Shown: positions 1 to 10,789 of the stretch, in pieces
Layout of the letters: every line of letters starts with the position of its first letter
How positions within the stretch are numbered: the first letter of the stretch is position 1
Source of the DNA: Blasia pusilla
Taxonomy: Eukaryota
Direction of reading: 5' to 3'
Length of the DNA stretch: 64,000 nt
Assembly (NCBI GenBank): GCA_050084515.1
Contig: CM114271.1
Coordinates: 26,784,001 to 26,848,000 of the forward strand
The notes under the pieces: generated by a model
Databases searched by the model: none
Told to the model about the DNA's origin: nothing
Seen by the model: only the letters and a program-made list of their open reading frames with translations
Position numbers and translations under genes: made by a program

Positions 1-393
1 GCTATCAAGGAATCCGGACGCTAGCACCCTAGTCCTATCTCACACACATACAAGAAAGGTGCTCCAACGTCCCAACATGAGAAAGATGGCTTAGGAAATC
101 CATCTTCCTCTCTTATATAGGGTTGGGAAGAGCCAAAAGGCTTTTCCCCTAAAAATAGCCCTCCCCTTGGTAACTTGCGCGCACAAGTTACCAAGGGCAA
201 GTGACCTGGTCAACAAGTCACCCGGTTGTGAAAGACCTCAACATGAAAGTTTTCCGAAATGACGTTCCTTACACAATAGACCTATCCTCAACCTCATCCG
301 ACACCGTGGGACAAAGTTACACTCAAGATAGTCCACTGGCTCCTACGCCCTATCCACGATAGATCTCGGCCTATCGGCTACTCATATGTGACA
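1..393 (-). repeat. Terminal repeat A (3' copy, A2) of element A
   Basis: Aligns almost base for base with 2561-2953. Contains a 14-bp-arm hairpin CCCTTGGTAACTTG/CAAGTTACCAAGGG at ~164-197. Confidence 0.9.
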
Positions 394-611
394 GCTGTCG
401 TGCGCATACATATCGCTACACAACATATATCGTTGGTCATATCTACACCACACAACACCGATCTTTCCGACACACGGGTCAATCCACACATGTACAAAAA
501 TCAACTCATACATATACATGGAGATCACGCAACCGCCCCCCTAGCTGGCACTTGGATCCCCCCAACTCCAGATAGAAAATATCACATCCCTCTCTTACAT
601 GATCTACTACC

Positions 612-2137
612 CTATACACATCTCGGACACATCCATCGTCCCGTGGGAACCACATCAAGAGGGGGGGTCAGATATGACATATGCCACCCTCGAGAACAAC
701 CATCACATACCAACATGGTGGCTGCATCCCTTGCAGATCCGCACAACATACACCTCAAGCCTCTGCGGTACCACTATCAAGCTCGGATCCACCATCCCAT
801 CTACGTTCGGAAGATGACATGGCGCTCAATTCCGCACATGATCCTTCCAAACCATACCATCCCGTCCCATCCCTGACGCCAAGGATTCCTGCCGACTAAA
901 GCGATAACCCATAGCCAACCATGGCAATTGTAGGTCCTACTCCCTCAATTGTCCCCGTTGCAAGCCATGCTTGCGCAATCCTCTCTTCACCGTCTGTACC
1001 ACTCTCTCCGCCAACCCATCCGCCTCAGGATGATCTCAGGACGTGGTGTGGTGATCTATCAGCGCCTGATCACACAAGGCATGAAACTCTCCCCTGAACT
1101 CGGTACCCTGGTCAGTCAACACCTCCGTCGGTGCACCAAAGTGACTAAGCACACAATCTAGAAACGCATAAGCTGTTCCCTCGCTCGCCCTGTCTGGAAG
1201 TGCCACCAACTCTATCCACTTGGAGAAATGCTCCACCATAACCAACACATACCTATGATGACGCCCCGTCAATGGCAAAGGTCCCGCAAAGTCTAAACTC
1301 CACCGATAACCTAAACCCGTAATCGGCAAAGGATGTAACTGCGGAGTGGGAGCATTGAAGGATGCTCGCACTCTATCACATACCATACATCTAGCCACAA
1401 ACTGCTGTACCCCACTATGCATGTCGCGCCTCCAAGAGTGAACTGGAGTAAGTTGTAAGTACGCTTTACTCCAAAATGTTCCAACTCCTCATGGGCATGT
1501 CGCACTACACTTGCTCGCTGGGAAGGATGAGGTACCACTCGTATCCTATCATCTCCCCATACCCGCAAAATATAAGTCCCCTCCCACCTGAACCTCCTGG
1601 CTCTCTGAAGGATCCGATCCCGCTCTCTAGCACTCAATGTACTCACTATGACGCCAGTGCGCAAGAACTCCACAACCTCCACGTCGTCATGGATATCACG
1701 ATCACGTGTCGCCTCCTCACTAACCTCCGGATCCAAAGACTCATCATCCAACCCCACCACTGGAGTCGTCACCTGTGGCTGACCTGCCATAGTCAACCAA
1801 CAAAGTTAGGCAGATGCATGCCAATCAGGCATCGTCTCCTCATCACTCTCTCCGTGCCATCGAGCTCCTGTGTCGTCTCTCAGACTCGGACATGGGTTAC
1901 GACTCAACCCATCCGCATCCTGGTTCAGCCGACCTGGCCTATGAACCACCTCAAAGTCATACTCCTATAGTAATAGAGCTCACCTGGCAAGCTTTCTCGT
2001 AAGCTTGTCGGACTCCATCAACCTCCTCAACGGTTGATGATCAGTGATAAGTGTGAAAGGGTTGCCGAATAAATAGCACCTGAAATGTGCCACGGCCCAC
2101 ACTCTAGCCAAGCACTCTCCCTTGTAGGAGCTGTACT
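612..2137 (-). pseudogene. Decayed Gypsy pol: RNase H end, integrase, PHD finger
   Basis: ORF-track fragments 1980-2186, 1311-1796 and 1036-1422, plus manual translation of 752-612: CMLCGSARDAATMLVCDGCSRGWHMSYLTPPLDVVPTGRWMCPRCV*. Frameshifts present, and a deletion near 875. Confidence 0.9.
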
Positions 2138-2560
2138 TAAAAGGAAATAAATGCGGGAGGGGGAAGGGGGGGGGGGGCATCGCCATTCACCCGTCCACGC
2201 CCGCCGTCGTCCACTTGTCTGCGCTCGTGCGACCTAAACGCCTCCTGCTCTTTCCCAACACTCTCGCTACTCTTGACGATGCACTCGCCGCCCCACTCCG
2301 TACTACACTCTATCACTGTCCTCAATCCTTGTGCACCAGCAAACTCTGAGAAAAACGGACAGAGCTTCCGCCCACGGTCTTCGGAACAAAAAAATGACCA
2401 ACACCTACAACACACGCGTCTCCAGGGACTCCCGACCAAGGCAACTCGCTTGCCTACCTACAAGCAACAAATTCCCACCAGCCCCCTAGCATCTTTCTCA
2501 TGTAAAAATAAAGAGTAGTAAAGCCCCCTACATCGATATATCGAACATCGTCCACCCTTT

Positions 2561-2953
2561 GCTATCAAGGAACCCGGACGCTAGCACCCTAGTCCTATCT
2601 CACACACATACAAGAGAGGTGCTCCAACAAGCCCAACATGAGGAAGATGGCTTAGGAAAGCCATCTTCCTCTCTTATATAGGGTTGGGAAGAGCCAAAAG
2701 GCTCTTCCCCTAAAAATAACCCTCCCCTTGGTAACTTGCGCGCACAGGTTACCAGGGGCGGGTGACCTGGTCAACAAGTCACCCAGCTGTGAAAGACCTC
2801 AACATGAAAGTTGTCCGAAATGACGTTCTGACACAATGGACCTATCCTCAACCTCATCCGATACCGTGGGAGAAAGTTACACTCAAGATAGTCCACTGGC
2901 TCCTACGCCCTATCCACGATAGATCTCGGCCTATCGGCTACTCAAATGTGACA
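2561..2953 (-). repeat. Terminal repeat A (5' copy, A1) of element A; left limit uncertain
   Basis: Direct repeat of 1-393. Right end is ...TGTGACA at 2953. The partner copy is cut by the window edge, so the repeat may extend left of 2561. Confidence 0.9.
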
Positions 2954-5900
2954 TAATGGAGGTGTATTTCCAATATAATATTTAGTAAATATGTATATCC
3001 ATTGACACTGTCTGCATGCGTGCATTGATATATTGACCCATTTATAAACCTTACACCGTCCAAAAGAAGGAAGAAACAAATGACAACTTTTATGAATCAA
3101 AATGGATCAAAGTGATGCAGATGGGCACATGTGACTCCACCACACGAATTTAAAACCACCTTTGAGAATTCTATCTCATGCATGGACATAATGAAATTTT
3201 CCTAGAGGCGTCTCGATGATGATGATCAATTTCACGACATATGCTATCTTCAAAGGGGGGGGATGAAGGTCCACTATCGATAATCCATTGTTGACTTGCA
3301 TGTTTTTGGTCCCATTCTGAGCTATGAGGCATTGGCTATCCAATACAACATCACATGGCCTCTAAAGTGCTTCTTCCATCCTCTTTGTAAGAGATATAAA
3401 AATCATAAGATAACCAAGATAAATGGTGAGATCACGGTAGGGAGAGATGGCAAAATTGGTTGAAATTAAGTGAATTATTCACAAAAAATAGGGATTCACT
3501 ATTTTGGGAGTCCATAGACGCGCAATACACTTGCAACACACTCATACCATATTTGCAAAGTACTTACAAATGAAATTTGTCTTTGTGAGTCTTTAGACTC
3601 GTACACATGGCCATTGTACATAAAATCCTGCAAATTGGACTCATAAGGTGCTTGCACTTAATCCATAATTGGAATAGGTGCATTTTTTGGGTCTCAACTT
3701 GTAGAAGACTCAAAAAAACTAAAGAATACTTGAAAAAATGAAAATCTCCTTATTTTCCCTCTTTTTCATCTAACATTTGTTGGACTCTAAGACCACTTTT
3801 GGATCATTTCATGGCTTCGTGAAGCCATGTAATTCTTTCATTGATTTTTTTTTCAGGTTCTACATATGTCTAGGAGGGGTGAATGAATTCGATCCCGCCT
3901 GTCGATAAACGATCCAGATGACCATCTAAGGGGCGTTTTGAAAAAGAGAGAGCGTTATGGAAGATTCCTTGTAAACAATGGTCACTCGCTTCAAATTTGA
4001 CCATCGTCATTGAATGAAGATTGGTGCACGGAAGCTTATGGAAATAATGTGGATAATATGAAGCGGGAGGTGTGGGTGTTGGCAATATCAACACACAAAA
4101 ACTATGATGTTGCAAGTTGGAGGCTCTTTTTGCAACTATCTTAGCAAATTTGTGTGAGATGTTATCCACAACAGAACTCAACTAATAAGTAGATTGTGAT
4201 CGAACATATAAAATTCTGAGATGAACTCATCTTCTTATCTTTTAAATTATGTATATAAAAAACTACTCATAAAGCTATGACAAATCGATGTCATTGGCTT
4301 TTCTTTCAATCCCCTCTCATGCTATTCAAATTATTTTCTTGTCATTTGATTCCATAGCTCAATTGTAACCTTGTGTTTTTTCAAAAATCCAATCAACACG
4401 TGGGATCCCGGATTCTTACTTACCAATGAATGTTGATTAATACTACGTGTCGTGCATTTAAATCCTTTGGTGTTAGTCTAGTGTGATGCAAAAGCTTGCA
4501 TTCAATCAATCTTGCTCTCAATATTTATCTTGACCCAAATATACTCATATTAGCCCTATTTTGGATTATCTAGGCTTACAACTTCTTAGTCTCAGTCTTA
4601 AATTATCCCTCAAGCACAACCTTCGTAGATGCAATCAAATACCAACTTAACCCCTCACTCCCCAACACAAGCAGGTTATTCAAGATTTTGGATAGGTTCC
4701 TTGATACTTAGAGGACTATTACTATTGTAGTGCTCTTGGCGGTTTCAACTACCCTTTAGACCTCAAATGAGTCTCAAACCAAAAGTCAAATCTAAGCTTG
4801 ATATCAAGGTCCAAGGTTAGGGTCCAAAACTATACTACATGGACTTTGCTTAGTGTTAAAATCCCAATCCTAACTTTTGAGTCCATCTCATCCCCATGGT
4901 TCCCAAGCTGGGATCTAGGATTCAAAACCTTATGGAGACCCTCTCCCTTACGTATTGTTATAGAGGTGTTTGGCCCCTCCTTTCCAAAGAGTCCCTCCTG
5001 GGCCATTTCTTGTGTCTCTAAACCCAAACTATCATTCCAAAAATTATGGGATTGTTTCAAGACTTTTGCTTGTGAATTTGTCCAAATCTTGAGCTATTCT
5101 AAAATTCCACCCCACATTTTTTCATGCTTTTTCAAGTCACAACCATTATCATTTGAGTGCCCATTTAGGATCTCATCTCTCTTTTGCAACTTATATCTTG
5201 CTTATGATATTCTGGCACGTTTCCATCCTAATGTGAGCCCCTAGAATTTTTGATATTTTGTGTTGATGGGCGTTTGGTCATGAGGTTGCAACATATTTAG
5301 TAGGGAATGTGAAACACCTTATCGAGTGAATTATATTCCAAATACTAATTTTATTTCTTAATTGGGGAAGAAATATTTTATCTCTAAAAAAATGAGAATA
5401 TTTATTTTATGAAGTTGTAATGAGCAAGTGAAGAGGAGACAATGCATTCAAAGGAGATTGTATCTTGCAATATTTGGAAACAAATACCTCCCTATATATC
5501 CACTTTCACATGTTTGTGCTTAACCCCACAACCTTAATATTCGAGATTCTTATGAGGGGATGTTTGACACTCCCTAGGTGGTAGTTCAAATGTCCATGCA
5601 TCATTTTAATGACCTCTATTATCATCCATTCAAGGATCTCAACTGAAAGAAAGTTATTTGTTCATGCCTACATTCATGATCTTTTTTGGTGGAAATTATA
5701 TGTTTCTAGCTAGTCTTTAAAAGTGTATAAAGTATTTCTCTAATGCCAATTGGCTTTTGGACACAAAATAAAAAAGAACACCCATTTTCCCAAGCTTCTT
5801 CCTCTAGGTGATTTGAGAAAACAAATGGAAAATTTGAATCCAACCTAATTGGATCAACATGTGACCCTATTTCTTCCTAAACCATGGTTTATGTTCAAAT

Positions 5901-8605
5901 AATCATACATGTGCTTATCATCATGACAACGTTAAAGTGCACTATATAAAGCCCAAGTGCACACTTACAAGGGATTCAAAAATAACTTGCAAATATATTT
6001 TGTAATTGATGTATGGGAAATTTTTAGTACCAATGACTTATCCTATATGGGTAGCATGCACTTAGTGTGTCACACAATTATCTAGATGGACGTACACATG
6101 TAGTTGTAGATGGATCACCACCTCTATTCCTATATGTGATTGGATAGATGTAGTGATTGTCCACACCCAAAAAGGACTCACACCATCCAATCAATTATAA
6201 GAATGTTGTTTACTAATCTAGTGGATGATTTTAATTAACCTTCCTCGGAATCCCCATGACTAAGATCTAGGGCCTCTAATTGTGTAGGTGCCTCACACTC
6301 TCTCTATCAATCTTGATGTCCAAGGTTGCACATGGAAAAAAATTGCGTTTGCGAACATATCCATGGACTTACGTTCGTCTTATGAAAGGATTTGTTCATA
6401 TGGGCCCCACTTCATCCTCTTTCTCATTCCCCCCACTTGCCTATGTTGTGCACCTTCTCGTTTCTTCCTCTCGCCCTAGCCTCCCCCCGTCTGCCCCTAC
6501 CTTGCCTTCCACCATGAGCTATAAATGTGGGCCCAACCTCTTGCAATCCATAATTGTGGATATGCCCTACGGGACCCGTGCCTAGATGTTCTTGGAACTT
6601 GGTTGCATGCATGGGCTTATGACACAAGAACAAGTGAGGGCTTGGATTAAGGGAGGCATGCAGGGATTGAATGTGTGTGTGGGCTATGAGCCCTTTTCTG
6701 GCTTGTTGTTGGCTTGCACAGTGCAACGGATATGCACGTTTTGTACATGCCTTATACGAGCCTATCACGAACTCGATGCGAAACACTACAAGTGAGCCGC
6801 GGACTTGGTGCAAGCTACAAAATAGGTGGCAAGAATGGGTGATGGGATTTTGGACTAGATGTGGGCTGGCCGAGCTTGGAAATACGTTGCGGTTGGGGCA
6901 GGCTCGAGTGCGGACCATAGGAACTTGGGCTCACATGATCATGTTTGTCTCACGGATGGACATAATTCTATGGATACAGACATGTGTGCGGACAAGGACT
7001 TTGTCTGTATGCAACCTTATGCATAACCATGTTGATGTCCTCCTCCTCTAGACTCTACAATGTGGAATCGCTGGTCGACTCTACTCAATGAGATGTCCTC
7101 CGCCTACGCCTTTGGCACAACATCCAAAAGGATATCTAGTGGACTGCTCAGCAACCATGACTCTTGTTAGTGTGCGGCATATGAAGGATCTTGTAAGTGA
7201 TTCGCTGCCGCTTTCAAGATTGAGACTATACCCCAAATTGCAAATATTATCTCACACATCTTCTTGTTGTGACAAATGATGTCATTTTCGGTTCGAGATA
7301 AATGCCAAACCATACATTCTATCACAAATCAAACCCCCAAACAAGTATTAGACTTATTCTAAATACTAAGGAAATATCCAAAAAAAAAAAGCATTGGATG
7401 TTTGATATACTCCCGAAGGCATCTCAAGATGCTTCTACTACACCTTTTTTAAATGGATATATTACCTTCAATGTTTCCTAAGATTGCCGCAACTCCAGTG
7501 CTTGTTGTTGATCCACTTTCTCTATTGCGTAGGATCACCAATGTGTACCAAGTCCCATCTTATAATGGACATTTTTATTAAAAATTTATGGAAAAATGAA
7601 TTTTGCAATGCATATGGTTTGAAGGGAAACATTTACATAGAAATTAAACATTCATCCAATGACATAATGTTTTTGGAATTTTGCACCACTATGTAGAGTG
7701 CCATAAGAGTAACTCTAGAAAATTTATATAATTTCTCCAAATGACTTCAAATTGCGTGTGTAAACATTTTTCTCCTTGTTATATGTTCCAATTCCAATAG
7801 TAATATAGATAGATAGAGCTCTCATAAGTAAGTGTGGAGAATTATAATATGAAGTCATTGGAAACACGTTGAACTTCTATAATTAAACAATAAAAATTGA
7901 AAGAATAAGGGTAGATAGAATCCCTTATCACGTGGGGCAAAGAGTTATGGTTTCCTTTTCCAATCTCCATCTCTAAATTGAGAAAAAGTAGGTCATTCAT
8001 TTTTATTTTTTTTAAGAGCATAATTTAAACTTTTCTCACAACCAAGCTTGAAGATTAAAAATAACGGAGGAAGGAAATTGCTTTCATCATTTTGAAGAAT
8101 AATTCTTGTTCACGATTCTCTTATTATCTATTTTCATCATTTTTGCAAAATATAACTTAAGTTTTCCTCCAAACTAAACCTGAAAATAAGAATCAATTTT
8201 TTTGGGCGGAAGGCTTTAAAAAATTTGCGTGGGAAAAAAAATAATGAACAGGAAGGAGACTTAGGAAGATTTCATGAAGATTGGATTCAATTTTTTTTGA
8301 AACTTTTCTAAAACAAAAATTTAAGATAATGACTTATTCCTCCTCATAAAGTTCAAAATTTGGCAATATTTTTATTTCAAAATTGGAAAAAAAGATAATA
8401 ATGAACACAAGGGATTCTTAGAAACATTACATGAAGAATTAGAAAATTAAATTTAAAATTAAATTTAATCTAGTCATGAAAACCTAAGCTTAAACTTTTT
8501 GGATTACTTATTTTGAAGGGGGCAACATTTTTGAAGCCTTTGACACATATTGCCCAATTAACTCATCATACCGAGGAGGCACTTTTCGATAATAGAATAT
8601 ATATA

Positions 8606-8632
8606 CTAGTCGGTATTCCTTGCCATGCACGG
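8606..8632 (-). mobile_element. Helitron-type 3' terminus
   Basis: Minus strand reads CCGTGC-ATG-GCAAGG (imperfect hairpin), 8 nt, then CTAG followed by T. This is the canonical Helitron 3' layout. Confidence 0.5.
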
Positions 8633-10203
8633 AGTGAAGAGATTAATCATGTTACATACAAAATCTATTTCTCATTGCTTGCAGAGGAGGAAAATATTTT
8701 AGTACCGCCCCTAGGACAGAAAACATTTTCTTACCGCCCGATTGTCACATGTCAAGCAAAGAGATGTTTGCAAATTAAAAAAGATAATTCATATTACAAT
8801 AGGGAAAAAGAAATATTTTCTATTTTACAGGCAACAAGAAAATATTTCCTCCTCTAGGAGCGCCAAGAAAAAGATTTTAAGTGCAATCTTTTCAATCCGG
8901 TGGGCTGCTCACTAGTATCATACCATTAAGGGCGTTAGCCCTTTGCTAAGAAGCTCCCACGGAACGCCACGTGTGAAGCATGTCAGATATCCAATTATTG
9001 TTTAATTTTCCCCGTACTAAGCTAAGATTTGAATAGAAAAAAGAGATTTTTAAAATAATAACTGTTTTTTTGTTTTAAGAAAAAAATTAATTAAAAATAA
9101 AATCCAAAAATCAAAATTATCTTTTTTTTTCATTTCATAAATTAAAATTTCAACATTTAGGGAAAAAACTAAAATTTTTAATTTAAATTTAATTTTGGAA
9201 GGGAAATTACATATTACTTTAGAAATATGTCCTTTAGTCTCCTTTTCAAGCTTTCATTGTGAGGGATTTTTTAAGAATATTTTGAGACAAACTTTGGATG
9301 AAAATCAGTGACTTTTTTTTTACTAATTGAGAAACTTTGAATACCCCCTATCAAATTTGTCATAAATTGATGGATTGTTTAATTTTACAGTATACTAATC
9401 AGAAAATAGGAACGGGTAAGGTTTTAATAATAATAATTTATTTATAATTAACTCAAATTCAAATATCTTCCCCATGAAATCTTCATTGTCTTATTTTTTT
9501 TAATCTTTCCTCATTTTAAAATTTCAAATTATTTTTTGAGGTTCATGCAAACAAAATTTAAAGTTTAGTTTTGAGGGGAAATTAATTTTTCTTTTGGGGA
9601 AAAAATGAAGAGGATAATAGGACACTAATGGGACAAGAATTATTCTTCAAAATAAGGGAAGACATATTATTTCTATTTTCTTTCAAGTTAGATTGGGGCA
9701 AACTTTAATCCCTCTTTTGGGAAAAAAAAGCATCAAAATAATTGATGTTCTTTTATTTATTGAAAGACAGGGATTGGAAAAAGTTAAATTATTTTTTCAA
9801 AATTAATAAAAGAAAATGTATGAAAATTGTCTTGAGCGGAATTAGAAATTTTATAAAAAATAGATCTTTCTTATTTTTTTTTATCGTGTGTCCACTTTTT
9901 ACGGTAGATTACTAGTAGATAATATAATATATTAAGATAGATTTAGCCTCCATCTTAAGCGTTAACGATGATCTTCTAAACCCTTAAGCCCACGAAGAGA
10001 AGCACTACGACTGTCTGACCGAATTGAGGCCATAGAACTCCAGTTCGTGGGGTTTTGGTCTTCTGTGCTTTAGTTCACGCTGTTCCGGGCGCAGGAAACG
10101 CAAGCGCAGAGCCTGACAGCGTTTGGTGCACGGGATTATCCGCAGCGTTTGAAGAGGTTGAGGATTCCCGTCGTCCAACTGCGCGGATTCTGCAGCTGAC
10201 GAA

Positions 10204-10752
10204 AGACATAGCTTCGCGCGCGTGGAGTCTGGAATCTGTAGTGAGGAGAAAGGTCTCATGAGATTGTTGCACCGAAAGAGAATTACGCGCTGAGAGTCTG
10301 GAGCAGACAGGACGCTGCGGTTTTACTCTGCTGTGGCTCACGCACAGAAATAGAGCTCCGCGGATTGGATCTGTAGGCAGAGGGAGGTGGAGCTTTACTG
10401 AGAAGCTCGGAGTGAGAGAGCATTGCGCGCGTTGAATCTGCGGCGTAGAGGACGCTGAGTCTCCGGTGACTCTTGGACCGACAGAGAGTTGCGCGCATTG
10501 AATCTGTAGCGTCGAGAAGGTGAAGGTTCCGTGTGAGTGTCGGACCGAAAGAGCATTTCATGCCTTGAGCTTTTAGCGGAGAGGACGCTAAGCGTTTCCT
10601 GTGGTTCTTGCACCGAAAGAGAGTTCCGAGCTTTGAATCTGTAGCGTCGAGAAGGTTAAGGTTTCCTGTGAGTCTTGCACGGGAAGAGATTTTCGCGCAG
10701 CGAATCGGTTGCGTCGAGAAGGTGAAGATTTCCTGTGATTCTTGCAGTGATT
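10204..10752 (+). repeat. Degenerate ~67-bp tandem repeat (about 8 units) directly upstream of the gatB start codon
   Basis: Units start near 10204, 10278, 10351, 10416, 10484, 10551, 10619 and 10686. Recurring core: GAGAG..GCGCGC.TTGAATCTGTAGCGTCGAGAAGG...TCTTGCACCGAAA. Confidence 0.85.
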
Positions 10753-10789
10753 GAGAATTTTGCCTGTAGCACACCCGTTGAGGAGCTCC

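Larger units (their letters stand above)
1..2953 (-). mobile_element. Ty3/Gypsy-like retroelement copy A (DNMT/PHD family), internally deleted; runs off the left edge
   Basis: Near-identical direct repeats 1-393 and 2561-2953, beginning TGTCACA on the minus strand. Between them are RNase H C-terminus (YSSYKGECLARVWAVAHFRCYLFG, ~1980-2137), integrase zinc-binding region and core (HEELEHFGVKRTY; WSLDFAGPLP; FGAPTEVLTDQGTEF) and a C-terminal PHD finger (612-752). gag and RT are absent. Confidence 0.9.

Noticed and set aside
3000-7300. Possible LTR or transposon remnants (also ~56950-57490)
   Set aside because: No paired termini, TSD or protein motif could be established from the window alone.
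10204-10752. CRISPR-like array
   Set aside because: Whole units are homologous, with no unique spacers. The context is eukaryotic and there are no cas genes.
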